A DNA stretch of 64,000 nucleotides from Eledone cirrhosa (GCA_964016885.1 OZ024747.1:37882001-37946000); one strand, 5' to 3'. Shown: positions 28,748 through 42,456, numbered from the stretch's first letter. Translations and numbers: made by a program. Notes: a model not told the origin generated them from the letters alone.

Positions 28748-30016
28748 CAAATATTATAGAATGCCAGTTAAGTACAGTATTTTATTGATTCGTCTCTCCC
28801 TTTCTTCCCCTCCTCCTCATCATTTAAGATCCCAGAGTTCTACACCTTATTATAGTCCATATTACTATAGGTATTGTCTGGGCCTAAATCAGCTCCAAAC
28901 TGTGACTATTCCACCAATTTTCAGAAAATTTATTATCTGTTCTTCCTTTTTTGGAAGTAATTTGTGATTGACCTGAAATATAACTGTCATTCTTTGTTGA
29001 TTGACTGACTATATCGAGGCTCATTGTCGACTCAGAAGTTAATATTAGAAGAATGGAAATGATTAAATCAAACCGGCTCATTATTTGAACATATTAACGT
29101 AGATAAATGGGACTAAATACTAATCCGCTTCCATGTTTTAGTTCGATTTACTATAACCGCCCCTCTAACACAAATAAGGCAGTTCATAAGGTTATGAACT
29201 GCCTTTTGGTAACTAATGGCTCATGGTATCATCTGTAATAGAATGGTAACCTTAAACATATGGAATTTTCTCCAGGTTGATGGAGATTTTAAAATGCAGT
29301 CTGGAAAAGAAATGTGTATACACAATTAAATATTTTTCTATCTCATGCAATTGTGTCAAATGTAGAAAATCCGAAACTTTCCCTATATGATACATTCACA
29401 AAGTGAAGGTAAAATTGTGAATGTTCACTGAAGTTCACAAATTTCCCAAGGGTGCTAATAGTGCTAATAATATTTAGTAAACATCGATAAGCTAAGTGAA
29501 GTGAATTAAATTCAATTTGGGAGTTGAAAAGCTAGATCGGAATAAAATTACAAGAGGAAGAACATTTCTTGCTGGAGGGCATCAGCTCAATCCATTAATT
29601 AATTTAATTAAACCATACAAAATGGATGTCCCAGAGAAAGTGGCAAAATACATCAGAGCGAAGAAAATTCATGCAGATTTCTATTCTATTTTGAATCCAA
29701 TTAAAAATGTTCACACCAATTATACTCACAGGAAACTCATAAACGCTCCAATTGTTAATGATCTAAGTTTAAACTCTCCTTATTGTCGGCTTAGAATTTA
29801 ACAAATATATGATGCAGAAAGACACATAAATACATACATACAAAAAAACACGGAGACCAGTCCCGTACTCGGACATAAATTACTACTTATATGAAGTCAA
29901 CATAACGTTTATTGGAAATGTTAAGCTACAGAATGCTGCTGCTGCTGCTGCTGCTGCTTAGCAGTCAAGTTTACCTATAACATCCTGTCAGTGACTGTAA
30001 CAGATTTGACGATAAT

Positions 30017-33000
30017 GATTTCATTTATTGGCTACAAGGGCCCACATATAGGGGTCAATACAAAAGACTGGGACAGTGGGGTTTTACAGAAAAACCGAGT
30101 AAACAATATGAATAACAATAACAAAGTAACAAAAATACAAGAATGACTACCCAGGATTCGCTCAGGTACCACACCAATCCTGAACGACCCCACGCTTCGA
30201 GAGTAGCCGGGAAGGGCACCCCTCTCCTCCTCAAATTTACCAACCTACAGATGCATGATCAGAGTAGGCCCACTCACACGGGCCATCCTCGCCACATTCA
30301 CCCACCTTTCAGCAAATGTACTGGGGGGCAGCACTTCTCTCTTCATACGATCTAGATGACCTTATGCGGTTAATCCAGGTCTACACTGGCGCATTAGATA
30401 AATCTAGTTGTTACCTGTCAGACAGTTGGAACTGGCTGATTAGGTTCTTGTGGATTTTGCACTCGCCGCTCCTATCAGATACTCCCACACAGTCCCAGCG
30501 TGCGTCTAAGATGCCGTTCTAGTCCCCCGCTCACAGTAAAGGGCGAGACGTACCCAGGAAGGCTTCCAGGCGTCTAAAGAAGTCCGGCCGTCCTTCCCCA
30601 GTAGGAGCGTAGACGGCCACCAGTCTAAAGGCACCACCTTCGTTATTGTTCACGCCCAGGACCACCAATCTACCGTCCGGGTCCCGCAAGATCGACCTTA
30701 CCTCGAGATCCACGCCTTTCCTAAACAGCACTGCCACCCCACCTCCCATTCCCGGCCGACTAACAGATGCAAAGATCTGATAGTCGTCGAAAATGGGGCT
30801 AGTGCGCAAGTGTCGGAAATCCTGGTCTCGCTGACGACAATTACATCCATTTCTATAGGCCTCGAACATTTAAACTTCCTCGTCTTAATACGGCCATGTT
30901 GGCAGGCTAAAAGAGAGAGAGGAAAGGTTTACTTACCTTCCGGGCTCTTGTGAAGGTCGGGTGGTTCGACCTCCATAGTTGGTGCGGTTTCTTTTGGGAA
31001 CCTCTTTAAAAGTCTTGGAGTGGGTTTAACGTTCGGGGTTCCCACGTCCCGAGGAAAGCTGTCTCGTGTCTCTTTGTATAAATCGAACGACATTCGCACC
31101 AGAAACAAATCTTCCGGCACGCGAAATGTGCTCGATTAAAAAATTTCCCACTCTTTTTGTATTTCTTCACTTCGTGCTACGAGGGCCATCAGTTTCTTGT
31201 TGCCCCTCCTGACGAGCACGAAGTTTTGTATGTTTTGTTGGTGTGATTTTATTTGTTTGCGTGACTGTGGTGATGATGGTTTTGATGGTGTTGTTTCGGT
31301 TGTGTTTGTTTTGAGTGCGGTGTCTGTGTTTTCAGATGTTTGTGTGTATTTGTTCTTGCGTCTGTTTAAGTTGTTTGCGTTTGGGGGATTCTGGTGATGG
31401 TGATGGTTGTGTTGATGTTGGTGTTGTTGGGGAGATGTTTGCGTGGGTGATGCCTGCTTATTTTTATTGTGGGTGATTTTGTGCTTTGAGTTTTTTTTCT
31501 TTTTGTGTTTACTTTTTTGTACTTTTGGGGATTTTGGTTTTCCCTCATCTTCACTACTGGTAGTTGAGGGGTCTGTGTCTGTAAGTGTGTCTGTGTGTAT
31601 GTTATGTTTTTATTGATGTGTGTATTTTTGGGGGGGAGGGGGAATTTGACAACTTTCCTCGTTTCCCCCCTGGGTGGTCAATATTGGTGGTGGTCGTTCT
31701 ATTGGTGTTGTTGGTGGTGGTTTTGCCGGTGCTGGTGTTGGTTGTGGTCCTCGCCCCGGCGTCGGCAGCAGTGGAGCCCTTCGACCCCTTGCATCTTTCA
31801 GCAGTTGAAGGCAGAATGCTCGCAAATGGGTTTTTTCCCCGCAAACAAAACAATGCCGCATTTTCCCTCAGTTATGATGTGTATTAACGTCTCATTCTGA
31901 AGACGGATGTGGTCCGGGATTGTTTTGACATTCACCGACCTGATCTGGAGAAGTATCTGCAGGTCAACCCCGGACCACTCCTCTCTGGTAGTTCTTGTTA
32001 CTTCTATCGGGACGGTATCCGTCCCCTCCACAATCACACATCCAAGAAGCCACCACACGTCAAGTCCTGGTGGGATTCTGGGAATGCGGAGACGGGCCGT
32101 TCTTTTTCCCATGTGGGAGGGGTACATTATGACCTTGCTGGTTTTGCAAGGTGTCATAGCATGTTTCATAGCGAGGGCTTCTGACTTAAACAGCACCGAA
32201 ATAGTGCCGTACTGTCTGCCAATCGCTATGTATTCGGTGTTATCCTGATGCACCTAAGCGCGATTTCGAGATATTCTTATGGAATTAAAGCTGGCCTTTT
32301 GGTTTGTGCTGAGATGCATCTATTATGCACCGTTCTGCGCTCCACTGCCTCAATAGCTTCTAGCGGGACAGTTAAATTGGCCCAGGTTTGCTCTTGCTTG
32401 ATGAGCTTCGAGGCCTGGGCCAACTTTTCATCTTTGTTTCAGAGTTCCATGCTGACGCATGGCCTCTTTTTGGCTGCTGCCGCAGCGAAAGTGTTCTTGA
32501 TGTCGTTTGTGGTTTTGTTGTCGTTGTTCCTGTTGTCACTGTTGCATTTAGTTATATCTTTGGTGGCGCCGTTGTTGTTGTTCTCGGTGTAGTTGGTATT
32601 GTTGCTGTTGGTGTTGTCGCTATTTGTTTTCATGTTAGTGGTGTTGATATTGTTGTTGCATTTGTCCTTATTTCTGTTATCTGTATTTTCATTGTCGCTG
32701 TTACTATCATCTTTTTCAAAATTAGAGTTCTCAGTGTTGTTGTCATTGCTGTCTTTGTTCACGATGTTTGTGGTGGTGTTTGTTGTATCAATTTCTGTAA
32801 ATTTCGCCGTAGCGCTCCTCTCAACTTCTACGTCGTTGTCACACGACAGCAGACATATCGCTGGGGTGTGTGGCTCAGCCATGTTTTATTTTTCGATAAT
32901 TTTTTAAAATGTAAAAAAGTTCAAATATTTGGGCCACTATTATACTTTCCCCTTCACAGGGTAAAGTCCAAGGGCTTATATCCCTTACACAACAACAAAC

Positions 33001-33052
33001 AATTCAATAAATAAGTTTTGACAGGTAAATAAATATACTTACGAGAGCGAGC
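30017..33052 (-). mobile_element. Tx1 copy 4, diverged subfamily; both ends and TSD present, RT region deleted
   Basis: ORF1 remnant from 32882 (CFVCGEKTHLRAFC). The EN fragment is joined near 30345 to the last ~30 codons of ORF2. 18-bp TSD AACAGATTT(G/A)ACGATAAT at 29999-30016 and 33053-33070. Confidence 0.9.
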
Positions 33053-33129
33053 AACAGATTTAACGATAATAAATGTACTATGAGCTGGATTAACGATGTG
33101 TTTAAACAATTGAAATATAGCTCTCTGAA

Positions 33130-33500
33130 ATGTTTCAAGAAGCCGAGATCCTCCGTAAAATCGGAACGTCAGCAGCCTGTCTGAGGAAGAAACCCCGCGA
33201 GGTGGAGTGGCTGTTACAGCAGGTGCCGCTGGCCATTGTCCGCAGAAATTCCCTTGCAGTTTTGTCCGCGTGGTGCAGCCGAAACACCTCTCGACCTAGA
33301 CAAGGAGTCTTTTCCCCCACCCTCTTTTTCTTCCGTTGCCTAATAGTCCTTGCTCCTTCCATCATTTTCTTCACATTTATGACATTTATAGTTCTTTCTT
33401 CTACTTTCCTATACATCCAGATTTGCCATTCTTCACACATTCCCCCCTTGTTTTTCTTAATTTTGTTTATATCTTTTTCCACTTTTGTGTGTAAAATATA
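33130..33500 (+). mobile_element. 3' end of a CRE-like (RLE-type) non-LTR retrotransposon
   Basis: PREVEWLLQQVPLAIVRRNSLAVLS resembles the recalled CRE C-terminal L.QR.S.AI.RGN motif; it is followed by a T-rich UTR and (TA)n. Confidence 0.45.
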
Positions 33501-33529
33501 GATGACATATGTTTATGTATAACAGATAG

Positions 33530-33532
<3 letters not shown>

Positions 33533-33618
<86 letters not shown>

Positions 33619-33622
33619 CGTG
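33533..33622. repeat. (TA)n/(TG)n microsatellite
   Basis: Read directly from the sequence. Confidence 0.95.
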
Positions 33623-35061
33623 TTATGTATATATATTATAATTTAAAGAAAAAGAAACCATTATATCCATTACAAGATACACCACACTTGACAAGTGTGG
33701 TGTATCTTGTAATAAGTGTGGTATAATGTTATAGGAGATGAATAAAATTGGGATGAATATGTAGGACAGTGCAATGCCAGTTACGTTGTGTCAAATTAAT
33801 GCTTGTTAACAACTCCCAAAATAGCTCCTTGAGGAAAATACCAAAATATACAATGGCAAAACAAATATCAGAAAGGGACATCTTGAACTTATGAATTGGA
33901 AAAAAAAGATCACCGATCTTCGGGAGACTGTTAGTTACAGAGTGATGCTTATCACACAAGAAAAAAAAAAAGAAAAAGAAACAGCAACAAAAATATACAC
34001 CAATCTTCCCCAACAAAAAGTAAAAAAACGTAAAATGATTAGAGATAAAAAGATAATACGTGTGAATAAATTAATCACCCCCAAGAAAAATTTAATTGTT
34101 GCCAGTGGAAAAATCCCGGCATGAAAAGAGTATAGTTAAAAGAAAAATAATTAACAACAACGCCAACCCGCCCACAAAAAACATCGAATTCTTAACAAAA
34201 AATTAATTAGTAATTCACAGAGATATGATGGAGCAATCAATAAAAGTCAGCGATTCATTCTTGAGAATATAATGGTGTGAGGAAAAGGAATTTAACCCTG
34301 ATGCTAAAAGAAATTCGAAAGAATTAGTTTCCTAGCATTACACTAACAAAAGTAAATAACATCATTGACATTCGTGAGAAATGTAGACCCATTGCTTGAA
34401 TATGAAATTTTATACACTTCATACAAATCGTATCAAAAATTCTTCAAAGACTATTGCGAATCCCACCAGGATTGAAGAGCTGCCTGGAAGACGGAGATAA
34501 CGGGAGGTGAGGATACGATATAATAACCCTTCATATAGAGCTGTGCTGTTTGAAGTTACGATCTTAGTAACCTCGGGACAGTATGACTTAATTATTGAAC
34601 ATCGCTTGGTTCTTTTCTTCAACGATGTTTCCTGAAATCGCCTCCGTAGTCGTTGTCATTGAATAAAATTGCAATACACACACATGTAGCTGAAAGCTAA
34701 ATGACTATCTACGATGTCATAATGCTTTAAAAAAGAACGATCCAAAGCTATGTTACTTCTGTGCCTCTGTTTACTTTTGCAATAAATCTACTGTCATATC
34801 TTTACAAAAGTCTAGTTGTTACGTATTAAGGTCTATAAGATCACGGTACACTAATGCAACACATACTCTCTTTATGCACGATCTAAAGGAATATTTCATG
34901 TGCATAAAAGCAGTTGAATTTTATAACAACCTTTTCAGATAAATGATAGTTGAAGGGAGAAAAAATCTTTTGTCCTCTGCAATGTTTCACACAATGAATG
35001 CTAGAAATGCACTATTCACGTTTGTATAGCACGACATAGAACAATCTAAGGACATAATTCC

Positions 35062-35181
35062 AGCCAGCTTCATCTCATCCTTACGGGTCCCGATAGATAC
35101 CAGTAACGTACTGGGTCGATTTAATCGACTTTCTCCTCTCCCCAAATTATTGGCCTTGTTCCTAAATCAGAAACAATTATC
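35062..35181 (+). mobile_element. SINE family A 3' fragment
   Basis: CATCCTTACGGG...ACCAGTAA...GGCCTTGTTCCTAAATCAGAAACAATTAT. Confidence 0.65.
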
Positions 35182-35418
35182 AAACTAATGTTCGTGCATT
35201 TCAAAAAGAGATCTAAATATTTATATTTTAATGAAATTTTAAATTTTATTAATTATTAAATCGTAAAATTACGAAGTAAAAGTATCACTAATTGTAAAAG
35301 AATACTACATCGGTATTTTAATTAAAACTTTAATTTCGATTAATTAACTGCAAATCCACTAGAGAAATTTATGTTGGTATTGGTCGGATTAATCAACATA
35401 TTACTAAAGAAATTTAAT

Positions 35419-35527
35419 TGTTTCTACTTTAGGCACAAGACCAGCAATTACCCAGTGCATTACTGGTACTTTATTTTATCGACCCCGTAAGGATGAAAGG
35501 CAAAGTCAACCTCGGCAGGATTTGAAC
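35419..35527 (-). mobile_element. 5'-truncated SINE family A with a 20-bp TSD
   Basis: TSD TATTACTAAAGAAATTTAAT at 35399-35418 and 35528-35547. Confidence 0.9.
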
Positions 35528-36831
35528 TATTACTAAAGAAATTTAATGAAAAACAACATGACTTCTTATTTATGTCTTATCGAACGTAAACAGCAAAACT
35601 AGAGACGACAACGTATTTTTCAAGACAAAATATATTCAGGAGTTTCATGCAAATTATAGTAGATATGGTTTATAGGAAGCCTAACAGTTAAACGGTAAAT
35701 GGTAATGGTTTTTATGTTAATAAAACAATTAGAAGAAATAGGTTCATGGTAAATTAAGAGGTAGTTTAAGTTATATGAAACGTTTTTGGTAAACGAATCA
35801 AATGTTTTTATTTTTGCAAAATAAAATTAAAAGGTGGCCTTATAGGGACTACGTGGCCACGTGAGTGGAAGGCAGTTAGAGACAGGGCTTGCTTCTTCGA
35901 AAGAATGGGCCTCTTTTTCTTCGTCCGGCATAGAGTGTAGACGTAGCTCTAGGTAGATCCGATGATTTCTGATTAGAGTCTGTGTAGGTAGAGCTTTCGT
36001 GGATTTATGACCCTGAGTCTTTGTAGACTCCTCGCTGTCTTACTTATTGATAGGGAGCCTCTATGTTGCCAATAGACTGCTACATATAGCAACCAAATTT
36101 CACTCATATTTGATTCTACTGCCACTAAAAGGAAGGGTGGATATATGGGCTTATGCTGTTCTGCATACATGAAACCATGATTGGTGCACTTTTGATCTTA
36201 TCCTAGTCATTCAGAAGTAAATTGGGGCTAGAAACATCTGCCTATTTCCAGCTAGGTGGTTGTGACATTTTTAGCGTGTTTAAGATTTGGAAAGCGTAAA
36301 CGGATAACAAAATATTAACCAACGATTCATCAAACGATAATAATATCCTTCATCGATTCCACTCTCTACGCGAAAAAACAATGCAAACTATTTAATGTTC
36401 CACACTAATTTCTGCCCCTGTTCGTCCTTTTCATATTATAATAGAAATATGACAATACAAGAAGTAAAATAGAAGAGGTCAAAACAGAAAGAAAAAAAAT
36501 CAAAGGTGTAATTAACAAAAAATAAAAAAATTGAATAAATCAAATTATATCAAAATAAAATTTTAAATGAAATTATAATTTATATGAATTGAAATAAAGA
36601 AACAAATAAATTTTTAATTGAACTAAAATTGAAATTATCAAAATAAAACATGACAAAGAAAATATCAATTAAACGGGAAAGAGGTAAACATTTAATAAAA
36701 GTTTAATTGCAAAAAATTGAATTAAAAGGAAATAAACCTTAAAATTATAGATAGTATTTAATACAATATAGCTGACACATTTTTAATATAATATTATATA
36801 CAATTAGAATTTAAGATAAATATGCAATAAT

Positions 36832-37016
36832 TGATTCCACTTTTGGCACAAGGCCGTCAATTACCCAGTACATTAGTGGTACTTTATTTTATCGACCCCG
36901 TAAGGAGGAAAGGCAAAGTTAACCTCGGCGGGATTTGAACTCAGACTGTAAAGGGACGTAACTATGCTGGAAAGCATGGCATCCGACCCTCTACCGATAC
37001 TGCCAATCAACCGCCC
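36832..37016 (-). mobile_element. Full-length SINE family A with a 15-bp TSD
   Basis: TSD TAAATATGCAATAAT at 36817-36831 and 37017-37031; A/B boxes present. Confidence 0.92.
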
Positions 37017-38003
37017 TAAATATGCAATAATAACGACTAAAATATACTAGAATAAAGATAAAGATAATTGTATTACAATGAAAACAAATTTAATGAAAAA
37101 CGTTATGAACATAATATATTCTTAAATAAATATGAAAATTGTTTTTAAAAACTGCCTTATGTGTGTATGTGGGTGGGGATAAAGTGTGATGTATGTTTGG
37201 ATGGTGTGTGTATCTGTGTGAGTGTGTGCGTGAGGGAGTTAGAATGTGTATGTGTGTATGTTTCTTTACATCTATATTGATATATAGAGGTTTGAAATGA
37301 AATTATCTTGATAATAAACATACATAACCATGAACTAATGAGATACAAAAACGTTAATTGTAGTTTGTGTGTAACTTCGAAGTTTAGTTAAGTAAAACAT
37401 TTCAAACTATAGAGAAATATATGGATGTCATGTAGTTCCTGGCTAATGTTTTGGAAAAAAGATTGTTTTGGAAAAGACATCATAAAGTTTATGATGTCTT
37501 TACCAAAACAATCTTTTTCCAAAACGTCATAAACCAAAAAGCTAGATGTATGATTTCCCTGTTTTGAAGAATTTACTTACTCGCTCCGGAAACTCAGCAA
37601 TTCCAAATTAGACTTTTCCATTCACTAATATTACTGGTTTCAATTTTAATTACGCCATTTTAGTGTGTAATGTTAATGGTTAGTAGAGATATTTCAGAAT
37701 TTAACCGGAACTGAGTGAAGCTTTCTCCTTCAGTGCTGAGAGAAGGATAGTGGAGGGCAGATACATTTCAGGTCAGCATGGTTTACAGAGGAATATCAAA
37801 GTACTGAGGTGTTGGAACGCGGTGTTGAATATTAGAGTTCACTTCTGGAGTGGACATAGGTAGCTTAATTAGTCTAGGCCTACCTTCACTCACGTCAACT
37901 ACATGTACGCAATGTAACAGAAAATACTGAAATAAAATCATTATGATTTATTATGTCAAAATTACTACCGGAATTTGAATTTCATTTCAATGCATACAAT
38001 GTT

Positions 38004-38410
38004 TTAATAAACGATTATCTGTATATTATTTGTCTCTTTATTAATGCTACGCAGGTTTTCATTACTAGCTTTACGGTAATTTCTATTCAGTTCCTTATAT
38101 ATGAAAGATTTGTACTTTGGATAGTCAAAGCTATATACATTTCCAGTTTTATCAGCTAAGACGAATAAATCATTTTTAGAGTTGAAATTAGAGACAGTAG
38201 AGTTGAGACTGTGCAAGAAAGAGTTAATATATCTGTCACGTTTCTTAACTTTGATATTCCTGACTATGTCAATGAGGTCATTCTCAAATTGGACCAGAAG
38301 CTTATTATGTGGAGGGCTTTGGCTTCCGGTTAACCTTTTTCCATTTTTGCCCTCGAGTTGTTATATTTTTAAAGAGTTGGTATGGTTTTTTAATTCCAAC
38401 TTAGTGTAAC
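38004..38410 (-). mobile_element. Penelope-like element N-terminal RT fragment
   Basis: PPHNKLLVQFENDLIDIVRNIK and FVLADKTGNVY...YRKA...INKE resemble the PLE DK(G/T) domain region. Confidence 0.55.
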
Positions 38411-39001
38411 ATTAAATAATGTAATTTGCATTTATACCTAACAGTAACTACCTGCTATACCAAGCAAGGAATTATGTTAGTATAGAGTCATGCGGGAATG
38501 ATCTATGAATAATATAATCTAACATAACTTTCACAACTGCCTTTTTTATTATCTAATACTAAATCTTCCCACCATCTAACAGGCTACAATTAAGATACAC
38601 CTCAGGAACAATATACAGGAAGGTCGGCCTAATATTACACCAAACGACTCGCCGGTAAAATTGTTTTGACCTTTACACAAGTCTCAGACCCCGTGCGCAA
38701 AATCATGCTGGCGTGGATTTGGAAAATATGTTACTATAGAGCCGTAAAATAAATTACAAAACAATATTTTATGTAGACGCAGGGTAATATTGTCGATTAT
38801 TTATTTACTTAAGAATAATGATATGTGTTACTTAAACTGCCGACAATAGAATACGTTTTGTGTTTTGGTTGACGTACGTTTAGCAAACATATGTGTATTT
38901 ACATGTGGGTGTGTGTGCGCGCGCGTTATATACGTATTTATGTGTGTATATTTATATGCGTTTATATAATTATATGTATACGCGCGCGCACACACACACA
39001 C

Positions 39002-39040
<39 letters not shown>

Positions 39041-39046
<6 letters not shown>

Positions 39047-39135
39047 AAACCACGCGCACACATACAAAAATCCACGCAACGCCTGTACTCGCACACATAC
39101 GAACGTATACAACAAATACACATAAAACATATATA

Positions 39136-39176
<41 letters not shown>

Positions 39177-39358
39177 TAAGCGTCAGTCATACAAAAGTGA
39201 GTTACAAACGAAACGAAATTTAATTTCGTTTCGTTATTTGTTTTTATATATATATATATATTTTATATATGTTTTATGTGTATTTGTTGTATACGTTCGT
39301 ATGTGTGCGAGTACAGGCGTTGCGTGGGTTTTTGTATGTGTGCGCGTGGTTTTGTGTA
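39041..39358. repeat. Inverted repeat with ~110-bp arms
   Basis: 39041-~39150 is the reverse complement of ~39245-39358; the two ORF translations are near identical. Confidence 0.9.
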
Positions 39359-39523
39359 CGTGCCTGTATTTGCATACCCATGCCGGGTGTTTCCGCATTT
39401 GCATGTGTATGTACGTATATGGATGCGTGCATCTATATATTTAATTATTGTTGATTTCAATAACCTCTGTAATTTATTTACATTATTCTTAACTCTGAAG
39501 CCGAGAATCATTCGGTTTCCTAA

Positions 39524-39800
39524 ATAGAAATTTAGTCTACTACTTCAGTTATACCATAAGCGTGGTATTGTCTTTGCGTGCAATTGTTCTCACCGCTCCA
39601 CTTAATGACGTATTATCTTCGTTTTTCCGTTCATTACCAGGGAACGTCTCGACGAACCACCTAATAGAATATTAGTCTACGACTTCATTTATACCATGAA
39701 CGTTGTTTTGTCTTTGCGTGTAAATGTTTTCACCGCACCAAATAATCACGTATTATATTGGGTTTTTTCCGTTCATTGGCAGGAAACGTTTCAACGAATC
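39524..39800. repeat. Diverged ~140-bp tandem duplication
   Basis: TAGTCTAC.ACTTCA.TTATACCAT...TGTCTTTGCGTG...TTTTCCGTTCATT occurs twice. Confidence 0.8.
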
Positions 39801-39962
39801 AAAGTATCGTCTTCCTGTCTTCCTTCGGTTGCAACGTTTTTCGAAATATTTACTTCTGCGTTCACAGATTGATTTTTTTCGTTTCAGAAGATCCCGTTAA
39901 GGGTGTAAGCAGCGATTCTTTGCTTAAACTTTAATCTGTTATTTTAATAAATATATACATGG

Positions 39963-40085
<123 letters not shown>

Positions 40086-40610
40086 CAAGCAGTGAGAACA
40101 TTTTAATATATGGTACCACAATGGTAGTATTTGTTCACATATTTTCTTAAGAAAACGTACGTTGCCAAAATAAGAGAAATTGTTGGAAAGTGTATACACT
40201 GGAATGTGAATTAAAATATAAATGATTATATATAAATGCGAAGAGGATTAAAAAATAAAGACAAGAAATTATAAAATACGGATTGTTGTATTTTGGAAAA
40301 GTTGTTATATAAACTGGTAATCTTTTCATCAATTGGAGGAACACGTAACAAAGTTAGATACAGTAAAAGAAAACTTATTGAAATATGATATATTGATAAT
40401 TTAAAATGAAATTTGAAGAGGCAATTTCACTAATTAAATAAATATAATTAATTGTATGATGTTAATAGAGTGTAACATTAAACAATAAATGTATTTAATT
40501 AAATGGCGGAGCTCTACTAGATTCTAAGCCTTGGGTTCATTAGTTACTCTTGTTTAATTTCTATAATAGATAAAATCATTGAATTTTAAAGTTCTGATAA
40601 ATAAAATAGT

Positions 40611-41214
40611 GGGCAACAATTTTGGGAGAAGGGGAAGGCGATTAAATCGACCCCCCTACGTTACTGGTACTTTATTTTATGGACCTTGTAAGGATGAAAG
40701 GCAAAGCTATCCTCAGCGTATTTGAACTCAGAACGCAAAGGGACGTAAATCTATGCCACACTGCATGGTGTCTCATGCTCTACCGATACTGCCAATCCAC
40801 CGCCGTTATGATAAATAAAATAATTGTTTCTTCTTTTGGCACAAGGCCAGCAATTACTGGTACATTACTGGTACTTTATTTTATCGACCCCGTAAGGATG
40901 AAAGGCAAAGTTAACCTTGGCGGGATTTGAACTCAGAATGGAAAGGGCCGTGACTCTATGCGTTAAAGCATGGTGTCCGACTCTCTACCGATACTGCCAA
41001 TCCACCGCCCTATGATAAATAAAATAATTGTTTCTACTTTAGGCACAAGGCCAGCAATTAACCAGTGCATTACTGGTACTTTATTTTATTGACCCCGTAA
41101 GGATGAAAGGCAAAGTCAACCTCGGCGGGATTTGAACTCAGATCGTAAAGGGACGTAACTATGCTGGAAAGCATGGCGTCCGACCCTCTACCGATACTGC
41201 CAATCCACCGCCCT
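40611..41214 (-). mobile_element. Three tandem SINE family A copies
   Basis: Units at about 40611-40806, 40825-41010 and 41029-41214, separated by a repeated TGATAAATAAAATA(A/G)T. Confidence 0.92.
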
Positions 41215-42456
41215 TGATAAATAAAATAATGGCCTTGCTTTTTGTCTGTGGAAAGTGATTTCTGTCTGAGTAAGTCTAATTCTTAGAATTTCCTATTTGA
41301 AATTATAATTATTTTGTTTAAAATATCTCGTATACAGGATGAAACTAATTAAGAATGTCAATTAAGTATTTATACGTTTAACAACAGAATTTCACATGAT
41401 TCTGCCGTATATATTTGACAAGTTAAAAAAATATTATTGTAAGGTTTTGCGAAAAATAGTGTTTTCCATTTTGCATTAAAATTTGTGTTGGTTGACATTG
41501 AATTTATAATATATCACGATACAGTGGTTTCAGCCTTTTACTCCTGGTTTCCAATTTTTTTGTATGTTGGTTGGTTGCATGGAGTTGTCTGTTAAGCATA
41601 GAAACAGTTGTCGAATTAGTGTTGACTAGCAGAAAAACCATCGTCGGGTGGTTTTCTGCTAGCTTGTGTAGTGTGTATATTGATATTATACGCAAGTATA
41701 TATGCATGTAGATATGATCAAATAAAATCGTAATTGACAATATACACAGAAATTGAACGAAGACTGCTTTACACTGTCGTATGTAAACAGTAATGTAATC
41801 TATGATACATTAAAAAAAGACGATATTATATATAAACTGCATCAGGAGAAAATTACTGACAGAAATATATGAATATTTATTTAAACGATCGCTAACCGGA
41901 AGTGTTCACATTTGAAAATGTTAAAGAAGTGAATCTTTAAATAAGTAATAAAATATATTTAATGAACAGCCACGAAATTTAGTAGATAAATTATGTAATA
42001 TTCATTCATTATTTATTCAAAGTAATCCAACTTATTTTACAAAGGGAAAAACAAATTATAAATCGTACGCAGTCCCACGCTTCTTACTTTATTATAGTGT
42101 TGATAGTGGCATTAGCATTACAATTCTATTTCATTCGACACTTGTTAATATTAATAAAGTATTAATATAGGTAGAGAGAGTTGATGCCTGGCAGCAGCAT
42201 CCCTAATGACGGGCGGGTACACTTATATCTTTGTGACATTTCTCAGTTACACCCCGCTACCTGCTTCAGCTGGCAAGGAAGGGCTGTATGTCTAGGGAGG
42301 AGCTGTATGTCTAGGGAGGAGCTGTGTACCCTCAGTCATTTCTGAGGTTCACTGATATGCCATGATGGACAAATTGTCAAATGTTTTGTTTGGCATCCCA
42401 ATGGTTGGCTGCACAAGTTGCAGGAACTTTATTATTTGACGATTACATACGCACAT

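Noticed and set aside
30907-30936. 30-nt micro-intron fusing ORF1 to ORF2 in Tx1 copy 4
   Set aside because: It is very short, the spliced product is out of frame with the ORF2 ATG, and copies 1 and 2 lack the AG.
34419-36290. Possible host exons in the moderately GC-rich patches at ~34.4-34.6 and ~35.8-36.3 kb
   Set aside because: There is no recognisable protein motif or consistent splice-site pair; they are probably old repeat debris.
36832-37016. tRNA genes suggested by A/B boxes
   Set aside because: No cloverleaf could be built; the boxes belong to multi-copy SINE heads with TSDs.
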